Shown here: one piece after another, positions 1 through 13,254 of the stretch
How positions within the stretch are numbered: position 1 is the first letter of the stretch
How the letters are laid out: every line of letters starts with the position of its first letter
DNA from: the human T2T-CHM13v2.0 reference genome, Homo sapiens
Strand: one strand, 5' to 3'
Assembly (NCBI RefSeq): GCF_009914755.1
Contig: NC_060940.1
Length of the DNA stretch: 64,000 nucleotides
Position numbers and translations under genes: made by a program
Notes under the pieces: generated by a model
The model's database searches: none
What the model saw: only the letters and a program-made list of their open reading frames with translations
Told to the model about the DNA's origin: nothing

Positions 1-265
1 GTTTGTCTGGTTCCTAGTCCTGGGGTGATTAGGTCAGAGGAATAGCAGCCCATGGGTAAAGCCCTGTGAGATATTAATAAAGGAGGTGGTGAAGGTATGG
101 GCTCCAGATTGGTTTTCTTGCATATGAAAAGTGTGTTCATTAACATGTGAGTTGTTTACTGTCTCTAGGAATTGGTTAGCTCTGGGAGAGCCAATCCCTC
201 CAGGGCCAGCAAGGGCCCAACTGTCAAAGCATCAAAAATACAGAATGCAAAGACATGATTTGCCT
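1..265 (-). mobile_element. ERVL-class LTR fragment (MER54/MER74/LTR47-like), cut by window edge
   Basis: Reverse complement resembles recalled motif TGATGCTTTGACA..GGGCCCTTGCTG..CTAACCAATTCCTAGAGA. Subfamily uncertain. Confidence 0.45.
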
Positions 266-631
266 TATAAACATGATTATTAAGCACTAATTGACTCCTC
301 TCTACAAAAGAAAAGATAATTTTGCCTGACCTCTGGGATCTTTGCTGATATCATGGTCACAATAGTCTCCCTATTGCTATTAATATAATCCCCCTTTCTT
401 TTATTTCAATAACCTTTTGAATAAAGTGTCTCTTTACCCATGTCTGGATTTCTTTTTTATTCAGTACTAAGGAGACTGACCATTAGGTTCAGCTTAGTCA
501 CTTTAGCGGGTTTCGGAGGTGTGGTGGGTTATGGCGGATGGGCCCAATGCAGGTCTGTATGAGATTGAGCCTGCTGCCTTATGATTTATCAGAAGAAAAT
601 CTTTTATTTTAAAGAGTTTCATCAGAGTTAG

Positions 632-1235
632 TATATTGGTTTCCTATTGCTGTGTTAACAAATTATCAAACATGTGGTGGCTTACAACAATACAAGTGTA
701 TTATCAAACAGTTATGGAGGTCAGGAGTCTAAATTAATCTCACTGGGTATCAGCAAGTTCCTTCTGGAGGCTGTAACCATTTTCAGCTTCTAGAGGATGC
801 CCCCACTCCTTGGCATGTGGCCCCCTCCATCTTCAAAGCCAGCAATGGCCAGTTAAGTGTCTCTTATATTGCATCACTCTGCCTCTTCTGTCTCTGTCTT
901 CCACTGTTAAAGTACACTTGTGATTACAGGGGGCCCACCCAGAAATTCCAAAATAATTTATTTATTTATGTATTTATATGATTTTAGAGATAGGGTCTCC
1001 CTATGTTGCCCAGGCTGGTCTTAAACTCCTGGCCTCAAGCAATCCTCTCACCTCAGCTCCAAAAGCGCTGAGATTACAAGTGTGAGCCACCATGCCCAGC
1101 CTATTTAAATTCAGTTAATTAGCAACCTTAATTCCATCTGCAACCTGAATTTCTCTTTGCCATATGATGTAATGTATTCATGGTTTGCAGGGATTAGAAC
1201 GTAGACATCTCTGAAAGACCAATTATTCTTGTTAT
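632..1235 (-). mobile_element. MLT1D-like MaLR LTR interrupted by an Alu monomer
   Basis: MLT1 motifs TTTCCTATTGCTG, CAGCTTCTAGAGG, CCATCTTCAAAGCCAGCAATGG, GGGATTAGAAC; colinear with 42572-43053. Confidence 0.75.
956..1101 (-). mobile_element. Free left Alu monomer (FLAM/AluJ-type)
   Basis: AGAGATAGGGTCTCCCTATGTTGCCCAGGCTGGTC...GAGCCACCATGCCCAGCC preceded by a T-rich tail. Confidence 0.85.
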
Positions 1236-1874
1236 ATTCTGGCAAAAGTGCCCTATAAATGCTGGCCTATTCAGCCCCATCAAGGTTGGCCTTACTTCTC
1301 CACCAAATGAAAAATAATCTGAGATGTTCCATTGAAATAACTATTGCATAAAGGAAATCTGCAAATATTAAAAATTATTTCAACAGAGAAAAATGGCATA
1401 GGTCTGGCTCATCCATTTTGAGATTTAATGTCAGAAACAGAATTTTGATTGTATTATTTATAGAGTTTTATAGATTCATACAGTACAAATGAATTAAAAA
1501 GTGGATTGTTGCATGGGCAGGAACCTAGCACTTGCCCAGGTTTCCTGCCTCAGTTTCAATATTCGTTTCCATGTAATCACTGTAGGTACTTCAACATCAT
1601 TGACAGAGCAAGAGTTTCATGAAACAGAAACAGAAAGTGACAGAGTTGGAATTTGATCACAGGTCCAGCTGTGAGAACTTGAGTCAATTACTGAAAAATG
1701 ATGATATAATTATCTATCATGAAATATTTTGTGGTATTCATGAAGATAAATTTAAGTATATTATATTAGAAAATTTAATCTACGTTACCTTTTCAAAACT
1801 AATAATGAATTTCATACGTAAAAATGATTTTTACCCTCAAGCTCCTTGTTTCTCCCACCTGAACCATTATTTTT

Positions 1875-2098
1875 CTTTTTTTTTCTTTTCTTTATTATAC
1901 TTTAAGTTCTAGGGTACATGTGCACAATGTGCAGGTTTGTTAAATATGTATACATGTGCCATGTTGGTGTGCTGCACCCATTAACTTGTCATTTACATTA
2001 GGTATATCTCCTAATGCTATCCCTCCCCCCTCCCCCCACCCCAGGACAGTCCCCAGTATGTGTGATGTTCCCCTTCCTGTGTCCAAGTGTTCTCATTG
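1875..2098 (-). mobile_element. Heavily 5'-truncated young L1PA (3' UTR only)
   Basis: L1PA 3' UTR (TTATACTTTAAGTTCTAGGGTACATGTGCAC); 16-bp TSD CTGAACCATTATTTTT (1859-1874) / CTGAGCCATTATTTTT (2099-2114). Confidence 0.95.
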
Positions 2099-4010
2099 CT
2101 GAGCCATTATTTTTTGTAATTGTGTTTCTGCTTTCACTCCCACCTATCTTTAATCCACTTCACCAACTGGATTTAAAATATGATAAAATTTAAAATTTAA
2201 ATTGAATCATGTTGTCCTTGGTTAAATTGCTTAGTGATTTGACATTGCATATTACCTTATCTAAAAGGACACATTAATCCATTAATTCAATTAACATTTA
2301 TTATCTTAGTCTTTTTCAAACAAGTTAGTGAGCAAGCCACAATTCCAGAACTCACAGATTTCAGAAAATGTATCTATTTTCTCCACTAAAGAGTCAATTA
2401 TAGTCCAAGGCCACACCAACCTCCACTCACCTGATCTCCACCGTACTCTGAAGAGTCAATTATAATCTAAGACACTATGACTAGAAAAAAGTGTAGAAAT
2501 AATGAGCATAAAGAGTGCCTGCATAAACACCTTTATATGGGTGTGCATGTGTGAGAGAGAGAGAGACGGCTAACAAATCATGTTACATGATATAAAAACA
2601 TGATAGAGACCCATAGGAAAATAAAGGGCTTAATCAATTCAACGTGCATAGCAACACTGCACTTCAAAGTAACTCTCCTCAGTAAGGCTGAAGACCCTTC
2701 CTTTAGCTGTAGTGCCTGTGGATTCCATTATTGTACGTTTTCCTTTTGGTAAAGGGATTATCTGATCAGTTTTCTAAAACAGGCATTTTTTCTTGTAACA
2801 TGATTGGTTTTAAGAGCTCTTCTACTATTTGGTCAGAAGCTTCAGGCAATATCACAAAAGCTATAACTGAAAGGTGACACAGAAGATTAAGTCACTTTTT
2901 ACAGGTGTCTGGGCACTTTTTACGAAAATGTTGATTCCATATTGTCTTCCTCAAAGGAATCCTAAAAAAAATTTTTCATACCAACATAAAACCATGTGGT
3001 GTAGGAGAAAGGAAATGGACTTTGAAGAGAAATGACTCCTATTTTAGCTCTTGCCTTAACAAGTTGCATGGACTTTGGCAATTAATACCCTTTCTGAATC
3101 TCTTTTCTCACCTTTGTACAGATAATGTCTGCATGAAAGGCTTTTCTTAGAAGGTTTAAATATGTCCTACACATTGCTTAAGAAACACCCAATCCATTCT
3201 CTTCTACCTCTACTCCTTATTTGAATTATTTGGATAATTTTTTATAAGTTGGCCCATATTTGGGAAGAAGAGTCTGGAATTCTTACAGAAATTCTTACAA
3301 GCCTAGAAATTTCTGGATGGTATATTCTAAGAAACGAATTATTTCAAAATATTTTTATTTCACCTATTTCCAGAAGGATTTTCAGTAGCTAGAACTCTAG
3401 TTTTAAATTTAAAAAATGCTTACAATCAGGAACCATAATTATTCTTTTTTTTTGTTTTTCTTAATTCTCAGTACTTAAGTCAGTGCCTGACACATGGAAG
3501 GCAGGCCATAAACAAGCTGATAAAATAGCAAAATCATGTTATGAACAGAACTGATAGAATAAATATGGAGGTAAATAAAAATAAAATTAAGACTAAACTT
3601 ATCTATCACATATGTGGTAATCAGGAGTATTAGACTAAGAACTGTCATTATCATTATTGATATATTTTATTATTACTATATTATTTTACAAAGCACTTAA
3701 TACAAGTTAATAACCATAACTGTACTTGGCTTTTTTTCTAAACTTCTTTTATGAGAGATGAAGCAATCTGGATTCAGTAGTTCTCATTATTCTTTGGGAT
3801 GAGAGACATATATTATTTATCTGAAGAAGAAACTGAAAAAAAATTCAACTCAAGATATCCTCTCAAAACAGAGCATGTTGTCATTACATTATTAGTTTGG
3901 TGAACAAGGCCAATTGCTACTCAAAGCCTTTTTATAAGCAACAGTATCCAGAAATATATATATGTCTATAGTGGCCAAGGTCAAGCTTATTATATTAAAA
4001 TCATGTATGA

Positions 4011-5121
4011 TATCGGGGGAAATTCAGCCAGATATCGGGCAAAATTCACACCTGATATTTCCCGTAGGTTATTTTCTATTTTCCCTAAGTGTCAGCTGGT
4101 CTGAGAAATGGAGGGAAAGAGTATAAAAGAGAGAAATTTTAAAGTCGGGTGTCTGGGGGAGACATCACATGTCAGCAGGTTCCATGATGCCCCGCGAGCC
4201 ATAAAACAGCAAGTTTTTATTAGTGATTTTCAAAAGGGGAGGGAGTGTATGAATGGGGTGTGGGTCACAGAGATCACGTGCTTCACAAGGTAATAGAATA
4301 TCACAAGGCAAATGGAGGCAGGGCGAGATCACAGGACCATAGCACTGGGGCAAAATTAAAATTGCTAATGAAGTTTTGGGCATGCATTGTCATTGATAAC
4401 ATCTTATCGGGAGACAGGGTTTGAGAGCAGACAACCGGACTGACCAAAATTTATTAGGCGGGAATTTTCTCATCCTGATAAGCCTGGGAGCGCTACGGGA
4501 GACTGGGGCTTATTTCATCCCTACAGCTTTGATTATAAAAGACAGCCACCCCCGAAGTGGCCATTTTAGAGGCCTACCCTCAGGGACGCATTCTCTTTCT
4601 CAGGGATGTTCCTTGCCAAGAAAAAGAATTCAGCGATATTTCTCCCATTTGCTTTTGAAAGAAGAGAAATATGGCTCTGTTCTGCCCGACTCACCAGTGG
4701 TCAGAGTTTAAGGTTATCTCTCTTGTTCCCTGAAGGTTGCTGTTATCCTGTTCTTTTTTCAAGGTGCCCAGATTTCATATTGTTCAAACACACATGCTCT
4801 ACAAACAATTTATGCAGTTAACGCAATCATCACAGGGTCCTGAGGCGACATACGTCCTCCTCAGCTTACGAAGATGATGGGATTAAGAGATTAAAGTAAA
4901 GACAGGCATAGGAAATCACAAGGGTATTGATTGGGGAAGTGATAAGTGTCCATGAAATCTTCACAATTTATGTTCAGAGACTCCAGTAAAGACAGGTGTA
5001 AGAAATTATAAAAGTATTAATTTGGGGAACTAATAAATGTCCATGAAATCTTCACAATTTATGTTCTTCTGCCATGGCTTCAGCCGGTCCCTCTGTTTGG
5101 GGTTCCTCACTTCCCAAAACA
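4011..5121 (-). mobile_element. MER11 (MER11B/C-like) 3' LTR of a HERV-K11/HML-8 provirus
   Basis: Minus strand starts TGTTTTGGGAAGTGAGGAACCCC and ends CCCCCGATA; preceded by polypurine tract AAAAAAAGGGAGAGA; 4594-5121 is repeated at 7480-8007. Confidence 0.92.
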
Positions 5122-5199
5122 TCTCTCCCTTTTTTTATATATAAATGTGCCATGGCGATGAAGGTTTGTTCGTTCTCTCGATTTTGATGCAGGATTCTT

Positions 5200-6960
5200 T
5201 GACTGGTCTGGCACACTAAAAACAAACCGATTAAACAGAGAAACGTAATTCCAAAATTTACTACAGTGGAGCCCCAATAGACTTAATTCAAGTCGTGGGG
5301 TTTAATCCATAAAGATTTTCTGCCACCTGATCTAACACCTCAGCTCCAGGCACAATGGATAAGTGAGCTTGAGAGGCTTCAAAAATTTGTTTCTTTAAGT
5401 TAGTTATGTCCAGTGATAAATTATCTTCCCTACCCAGAAGGTGTCATTTGACCATTTCCCATGAATGATCAGTCTCGTTATAGGAATATGGGGTGATACA
5501 GAAATCTGAAGTATTCCAGTTGCACTCCATTTGCATGCGATGTTCCAGACTCCCCACCGAATCTCCAAGCCAAATAACAGACTGTCTTAAATCATTAATT
5601 TGATTTGTCAATTTTTGATCGATGCCTTGTTGAGAATTCCACGTTTGGGTGGAATTGGCTTGCCAATCATTAACAAAATGAGACATTTGAATGGATTGGT
5701 GTAATGCCATTCCGGCAGTGGTGGCCATTGCAGTGACTGTAATTAGGCCCATGGTAACAGCGATTAAAGTGAAAACAAATCTCTTAGATCTTTTTAGAAT
5801 TTGCTGTAACACTTCATTTAATAAATGTATTGAATGGGATGATTCCCAAGGTCTGGGCAAAGTTATCAGAATCCAGATTCCTTCTCAAGCTTGAACCAAC
5901 ATTACACATTTCCTGGAGTCAAAATAGGAGTTAATACAAGTGTATAAATGACAATTAATGCATTGGGCAGTTTGATTGTTTGTCCAAATTTTGATATTTC
6001 CCACTAACAGCATGTAAGGAGGCTTAACACAACTCTGTATGGAAACAGGTTGGATTTAAGTAAAACAGAATATCTGGATCTACGTTGATACTGAGAGAGG
6101 GGGACGGTAGAGGGGACAATAGACAGAATAGTTTCCCCTTCCCATACTCGCAGTCCAGACATGGCAATAGCCAATTTCCAAAGTCCTGGGTGTTCTGGGC
6201 TCAGAATGGGGAGTATCATACGAGGCCTGGGGTAGGGGGTAGTAATGCCTTTATCTTCCCATTTTAAGGGAAAGAATGAGCTGAACCTTCTATGCAACAT
6301 AGAATGATGATTCTCATTCTCCCAATAAGAAATAAAATAAGTAGCCTCCAGACATTCCCTTCCACCAGAGGAGCAATTGTTTTTTAAATAGCCCTTTGGT
6401 GCCCAGTCTATTACTAAACCATATGAGTCATTTTTAAATATTACTGCATGTGAGTTAACACAATCTTCCCAAATTAAAGTTTTAGATGGGCCCTCAAAAT
6501 TTTTAGGGCATGGTTTTCCTGCAGGTTTATATTAAAAGTATGGGGTATCTCCCATTACTCCCCCTTTCATTTGTTTTAAAGGAGAAAGGGAGAGGTCAGA
6601 GACCAAATGTCCCAGTTTATCTGTAGCTGATCTTTCCAGAGGATAAGCAGCCCAGACTTGAGTTTCTAGATGGATATAACCAGGTGCATGTCCGAGGCAC
6701 AGAGGGGGGTATTTATAACCCATGGTAACATTAAATGCAGTGCCTTCTTCATGCAACAGTCATCTGTAGCTCTAGGCATCCACACACTTTTGTTAGTGTA
6801 GATTTCTGCAGGAGCATCAATCCAGGTGAGAGGTCGAATAAGTGGAGGAAAAGGCACATAAGCCCAGTAAGAATAATTATGTGTAGCAGGTAAATCAGTG
6901 TAAGAGGAAACTGGTGAGACAGAAAGTATAAGGGGGAGAATCATTAAATAAAACCTATTG
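5200..6960 (-). pseudogene. env: Defective betaretrovirus-like env of HERV-K(HML-8), broken into several ORFs
   Basis: ORF 6666-6944 (YSYWAYVPFPPLIRP), 6532-6756 (GYKYPPLCLG), 6004-6300, and 5444-5860 with furin site RSKR, fusion peptide [25 protein letters not shown] and CNWNTSDFC; frameshifts and stops between them. Confidence 0.9.
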
Positions 6961-7227
6961 TAAGCGAGATTGAGTGTTGAAGGAGAAAGAGAACAGAGGG
7001 ATGTTATTTTCAGGCTAATAGAAATGGTCAGATTTTTTAGGTTTGTAAGGAGAAAGAGAAAGGTAATCGGGAGAAGTGGGATTAGTTAGATGGGTCTCCA
7101 TTGCCATCAGGGAGGATTGATCAGACCCATTGTGATTTGGTGTGCCTGCTTCTGAGGAGTTGGCACAGATTTTACCACGTCTGAGGGCAGTCTCTGACAT
7201 AGACATCTTTTCTCTGTGGTTTTCTTT

Positions 7228-7479
7228 TGATGATCTGGTGAAACACAAGCATATCCTCTTTCCCATGTTAAATAGAATGAGAGACAATATTTAAAGGTTT
7301 GGGAAAATCCTGTAAGGCAGTAATTACAGCAATTAACTCTGCCTTTTGAGCAGAGGTATAAGAGGTAGAGATAAGTTTGTCTGTAGGTCTTAAATAATTA
7401 ATGTTACCCAAAAGTTTTGGAAGTCATTTAAAGTTTTCAAAGAATTTCTCCTAATTTGAACTTTTTGAGGTTGAATACA
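7228..7479 (-). pseudogene. pol: Three fused remnants of HML pol (RT thumb, RNase H, integrase C-terminus)
   Basis: Hand translation of minus strand: IQPQKVQIRRNSLKTLNDFQ..GNINYLRPT, then YTSAQKAELIAVITALQDFPKPLNIVS, then TWERGYACVSPDHQ. Confidence 0.85.
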
Positions 7480-8007
7480 TCTTTCTCAGGGATGTTCCTT
7501 GCTGAGAAAAAGAATTCAGCGATATTTCTCCCATTTGCTTTTGAAAGAAGAGAGGTATGTTTCTGTTCTGCCCGGCTCACCAGTGGTCAGAGTTTAAGGT
7601 TATCTCTCTTGTTCTCTGAACATTGCTGTTATCCTGTTCTTTTTTCAAGGTGCCCAGATTTCATATTGTTCAAACACACATGCTCTACAAACAATTTGTG
7701 CAGTTAATGCAATCATCACAGGGTCCTGAGGCGACATACGTCCTCCTCAGCTTACGAAGATGATGGGATTAAGAGATTAAAGTAAAGACAGGCATAGGAA
7801 ATCACAAGGGTATTGATTGGGGAAGTGATAAGTGTCCATGAAATCTTCACGATTTATGTTCAGAGATTGCAGTAAAGACAGGCATAAGAAATTATAAAAG
7901 TATTAATTTGGGGAACTAATAAATGTCCATGAAATCTTCACAATTTATGTTCTTCTGCCATGGCTTCAGCCGGTCCCTCCGTTCGGGGTTCCTGACTTCC
8001 TGCAACA
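7480..8007 (-). mobile_element. Partial 5' MER11 LTR (first 528 bp only)
   Basis: Starts TGTTGCAGGAAGTCAGGAACCCCGAACGG on minus; ungapped match to 4594-5121 with about 23 mismatches by hand count. Confidence 0.92.
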
Positions 8008-8325
8008 TCATAACACATCTACAAGGAGCTTGTATAACATTACCTCGACCAAGTAACTTTTTGAAGCCGTAATCTGGTCTAATTCGGTACTGTGAGAAGC
8101 TAGAGGATTGAATAATTCTCATTCCTTCAAATTGAGTAAAGCCACAACTAATTTTGTATCAACAGAAAATTCCCCGTCATCTTGAACTGAGTTGTCTAAT
8201 TTCTGTTCTTGCAGTGTCCTGGTCGTGGGCCCAGTGTCCATGCTTCTTGATTATGTCCCCTGTCCCACAGTGTAATTCTAATACTACGAGGCTTGCCTGC
8301 TACTGAGCTCTCTCTCTGCCTGGTT

Positions 8326-8519
8326 CTTCCTGTAATAATGAATAGTTTCAAGTTCACCTTAATTTCCTACATATAGGATTCCTAGGTTTGATCTTGAGGT
8401 TGGCAGGGATCCTGAGTGTGTCCTTCCTGTAATAATGAATAGTTTCAACTTCACCTTAATTTCCTACATATAGGATTCCTAGGTTTGATCTTGAGGTTGG
8501 CAGGCATCCTGAGTGTGTC
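8326..8519. repeat. 97-bp tandem duplication
   Basis: 8326-8422 and 8423-8519 differ at 2 positions. Confidence 0.97.
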
Positions 8520-9258
8520 TATACTTGGTTCCTCCTTTTCCTTATATCCAGTTCTCTCCTCAGCTCATTCTAACACACTGGACTTTGTATATAGCTATGG
8601 CTCCCTACATCAATGCCCACTTGGAAGTTTTAAAGCATCTTTGACTAATGCTACATGAAGTTAAACTCATTATTTCTACTAAATAAAACCAGACAAGAGC
8701 ACATTATCCCATCTGTGCTGCTCTCCCTCCATTCCATCCTCGGTGTATTTCTAGAATTTTTTTTTTTAATTGTAGCAATGGGAATCTACTATGGAATCTT
8801 AACTACATACATACAATTTGTATTTTTCTGACCATAATATTTATAGACCCAAGGGCTTGCATGGCCTTTCTGCAAGTGGCACCACATTACTCTTGGCTTT
8901 CTGCTCAATAGTGATTTGCCTTTCCTATCTCTAAGCCTTTTTGTGTGTTAATTCCTTTATGTGGAAAGACTCTTCCCCACACTCACCTTTAACTCATGAT
9001 GATCTAGTAACTGTTTTCAAGATATTAGCCCAAACTGTAAGAACATCTTGCAGAATTGCCTTATCAGGTCCTATTCTTCTATGATTTGCTCTCAAAAGTC
9101 AGTATCTGTTTCCTTTCTGACATGTACCAGAATATTATATATGTGTGTGTATGTGTGTGTATACTATATGTATGTGTGTATACTATATATGTTTGATTAA
9201 AATATTAAACACATATTTAATTAAAATAAAATATAAAATAAATATATATTTAATTTCA

Positions 9259-9398
9259 GTGCCTGTCATCTGCACTGGACTATGACATCCATTAAGGGTA
9301 GGATATTTTCTGTCTTCTTCACGATTGAATCCCCAGTGTCTTGTACACTTTCTGGGACAAAGTTAGCACTCAATAAATACCTGTTGGATAAATAAATG
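9259..9398 (+). mobile_element. L2 3' end
   Basis: ACTGGACTATGAC..GAATCCCCAGTGTCT..GCACTCAATAAATACCTGTTGGATAAATAAATG. Confidence 0.65.
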
Positions 9399-10616
9399 TT
9401 ACTCAAAAATAACCAAACACATTTAAAACCATTGTATACAATTCTAAAGTATAATTTACAAGGAGGTTAAGTCATGACTCAAACAAATATAAAATGATAA
9501 TCTGTCACAGATTATGATACATTAATTAATGGGAGAACCAGTAAGATGCTAAAATTAGGCTTAAAGGTTAATCTGAAAGACAAAAGTATTATCAGGCAAT
9601 CAGGGATGCTAAAATAAATGTAATAATAGATGAAAGACTGGCTAAAATCCCATAAGGTAATAAAATACAATGTTTGGCATCATTTTTTCTACAGATTGGA
9701 TAATCATTTATATTGTTTCAGGACTATGCTCATTTTTATTGTTATAGACAGTAATCATTTATATGATATTGTTTTCTTCAACTAAACTTCTACTCACTAT
9801 AGAGCTACATATTATAGATGAGTCAATAAGAAAGATAATCAAAGGTGTTTACCCTACAGAATCAGCTAATCCCCCAGGGGGGCCCCACCCCTCTGAGAGA
9901 ATAACCAGTAATCTTCCTTGCCCTTTGACAAGTATTTGACACCTTTTCCTAAAAGGAAAACCAATCTATTCACTTCTGTAAAATTTACTTATTATATTCT
10001 CACCCCATCACCAGAAGCCGAGACTACTATTTGAATAAAGCTATTGTTACCCCTGGTAAAGCTTAATCTTTAGATCCCCAATCCAAGAAACTGTCTCTTA
10101 ATCCAACTGCCAAAAGGTATTCGAATCCTTTTGTATTAGGTAAAAACTCAGAGCATCCATATAAAGGATTTTGTTAGAAAATGTCATGTAATTTATCCAC
10201 TATTTCTCTTATCACATTTGTCTCTTTTTGGGTGGCAAGGCTGACAGTATTGACACAGTCAAATCTACGTTTCTCACTTACATAAATGTTTCACTGAGTC
10301 TAGTCAACTGATCAAACAAGACGTGGTTATATAAATCATTGCAAAAATATTTTTATGAAAATGAAAATGAAAATGAAGGTGAGAAGGGTTAATTCTCCAA
10401 AAGTACTGTGGCACAATGGAAACAACAATAACAAAAAGAACAATTCAAACCAGAAGGAACACAGCTCAATTTATGCAAATGGGTGGTTGTGTGATGATTA
10501 AACAGTGGAAGTAACCCGCTGAAGGTTATACTTTTAAGAAGCAATGGAATTTGAACCCCTGTGCTTGACTCCATGCCCAAGCTCTTAACACTTTACTAAC
10601 ATAAAGAACATTAAAA

Positions 10617-10860
10617 GGCAGTATGATGTAAGTAGACTTGGAGAGAGAACATTTATGTTCCTATCCTGGTTGTTCCCCAACCTAGCAGGTGGCTTAAGGA
10701 AAGTTACTCCAGCACTGTGTGCTTCAGGTTTCTTGTCTTTGGAAGGGCAATGGTAATAACTCGTGACTCACTGTTAGGGCTATGGCGAGGACTAAATACT
10801 TGAACACATGTGGGGACCTCAGAGTAGTTATTTAATAAGTATTAGTGTTATACTTATTAT
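10617..10860 (+). mobile_element. MIR
   Basis: Degenerate MIR core (AAGTTACT..CTGTGTGCTTCAGGTTTC..GGTAATAAC..GAGGACTAAAT). Confidence 0.55.
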
Positions 10861-13254
10861 TTTTCAACTTTTTATTAATAGCATTTCAAGAATAGTGAAA
10901 TTCTTCCATAGTAGGAAAGATCAAGAACTGAAAAATCCTTACAAATACTGGAAAAACAATGTTATTTGCATGAGCATTAGTGACAATTAAATGATTTTTT
11001 AATGTCTCCCAAACATAAACAAACAAACAAATAAAAACCCACCTTTCCTTATATAGCTGCTTTTACTTTCTTCCTCTGGCTGCTGCTTCTTCATCTCTGA
11101 AGTGAAGCCTTTATCAGCAAATCACGTCCGGAAGCTCCGCAGACCAGGAGCTCATTGTGTAGAACCCTAGTTTTATACTCTCTCATCTTAACCCTGAGGA
11201 CAGAAGTTTCAACAACAATTGCTGGAATAAAACGAACAAGTCAACAAACTGAATGTTCAAAACCTGTGTGTTGGCTAGCAGACTTAGCAAATGAGTATAG
11301 TCACCACTTCATTTCTTAAGTCAATAGGCAAAAATTTGTTATGTATGTTGTCCTCAACGTCCATAGCTTGATTTATGATGATTTTTTCAGGAATAAATTA
11401 TTAACCCAATGTCTTATTTGGTAATTTGTTTATGTTCTAAAACCATAATGCATATTTATTAATCTACTCTGGCACACAAAGATAATCAGTGTATTCTAAG
11501 TCATTATAGAAAGAAAATGCCTTAGCATATGAAAAGAAAAATTTTAATCAGAGGGTAAGAGAGCAACTGAAATAAAGACAAATACGTGAATTAGATTAAT
11601 CAGATGCTTTAATTATAGTTTGTAAACAAATATAAGCCTTTTAGTAGGTCTTGTATTTCCATGGACCTCAGTATCCTCATCTTAAAGATTAAATTACACG
11701 TTGCCTCCAGTTTCTTGAAGTTTAAATAATTTATCGTTTTATAAAATACATAAGCTATCCAAAGATTTCTCCCACACAAATACACACTCCCTCCTAGTCT
11801 TAAGCCTAAGGTAGGAGGTCCACCCTGCCTTTGTCATTTGGGAAGTGGTTCTGGTTCTCATCAGAAGAGATAGTGTGGGAATATCTCGGCAAGTGTGAGG
11901 AGGCTTATCTATTGTTGCCCCCAAGAACTCTCTGTTTTTTTATGTTAACTGGATTGCCCACTTATAAATCCAAACAAGGCTGTGCAGATGTCAGCTCAGC
12001 CAATAGCTAACCTCTCCTTTTTGTCCAACTATTAATAGAATGAGAATTGAGTCACATGAGTGAACTGACTGTATGTATATATAGAAAGTATTAAAATAGG
12101 GAGCATAAGGCTTATTGCTAATACTTTTTTGAAGCCACCAGAAGCTGGGGCCCATCTCTGTTCATATGTGTGAGATTTCTGCAAATAAATCCCTTTTTCA
12201 GTTATGAGAAATAAATATCTCCTTGTTTGGCTGGTGGTTGTTACTTTTCCTTTGGCTTTTGACAAGTTTATAAATGCAGAAACTAACATCGTCTCCAAGA
12301 GAGGTAATTTGTCAAATATTAGGATTCATATCAAGGCAGTCCTGAAATAATAAAAATATATACTATATTCACATAAGCAGTCACATAAAAAAGCTAGATT
12401 TTAGGCAATTGATGCTGAAAGCATTCACAGTATTTTCACGTGGTGCATGTAGCTACCTTTTCTAAGACAGCCTTCTTTGATGAAGTTGGTGGCGTCTTGC
12501 GTTTCTGCTATTACAAAGTCAAATGATTTGCTATTGATTTTGCTTTGAACCTGAAGTAATGATATGGTGCTGGCACACACTATAATGAATGTGGATAGGA
12601 GTGTTGCCCCAGGCTTTATTCTCAGAATAAGCCTTTTTCCCATGTAGCCAATGTGGGTTTTTTTAAAAATATTAAATAAATTTGAAAAGATTCATGTTAT
12701 CTTCTTGTTCCCAGTAAGCCCAGTATTTTCAAGGTGCTATCTTAAGATGAGAGAAAACCCTCAGATGTAAGTAATCCTACTGGAAAGATTATATAGGATT
12801 TGGTCTAATCCTTATTTTTTTCCCACATTTTTTAGCTTTGACTTTCATCAAACTAAATCAGTGAATATGACTAGTATCGAGGATCTTCTTACCTTAATGG
12901 ACTTTTTAAAACATCAGCTAAAGCTTGTTATATTTCTAATTTAGAATCCTAACTCCCCTTAATGAAAAGTGTTCCTAAATTCTTATCAGATATTTATTTT
13001 GAAAAGATTTTTGTAGCTTCAGAAATTTTTTGAGGTAGAAGTGAGAAATATGTTTAATTTATTTGATTGAAATATTATTTAAAATATTTATTTTAAAGCT
13101 ATATTTTTCTTTCCCTTTGATATATTACAGTTTTTTTTTAAATTTTTGTAAATAAATTCTCCTTTCGCATCTCTGGGTTTAAAGTTTAAGTGGTTTTTGA
13201 TTTAAGCTGGAAAAATGACTTTTAATTATAATTTAATTTTAGCTAAATTTCATC

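Noticed and set aside
4895-5065. Roughly 90-bp tandem unit inside the MER11 LTRs
   Set aside because: Present in both LTRs and, as recalled, part of the MER11 consensus.
4606-7707. Near-identical ORFs 4606-4821 and 7456-7707
   Set aside because: Antisense frames of the paired LTRs, not duplicated genes.
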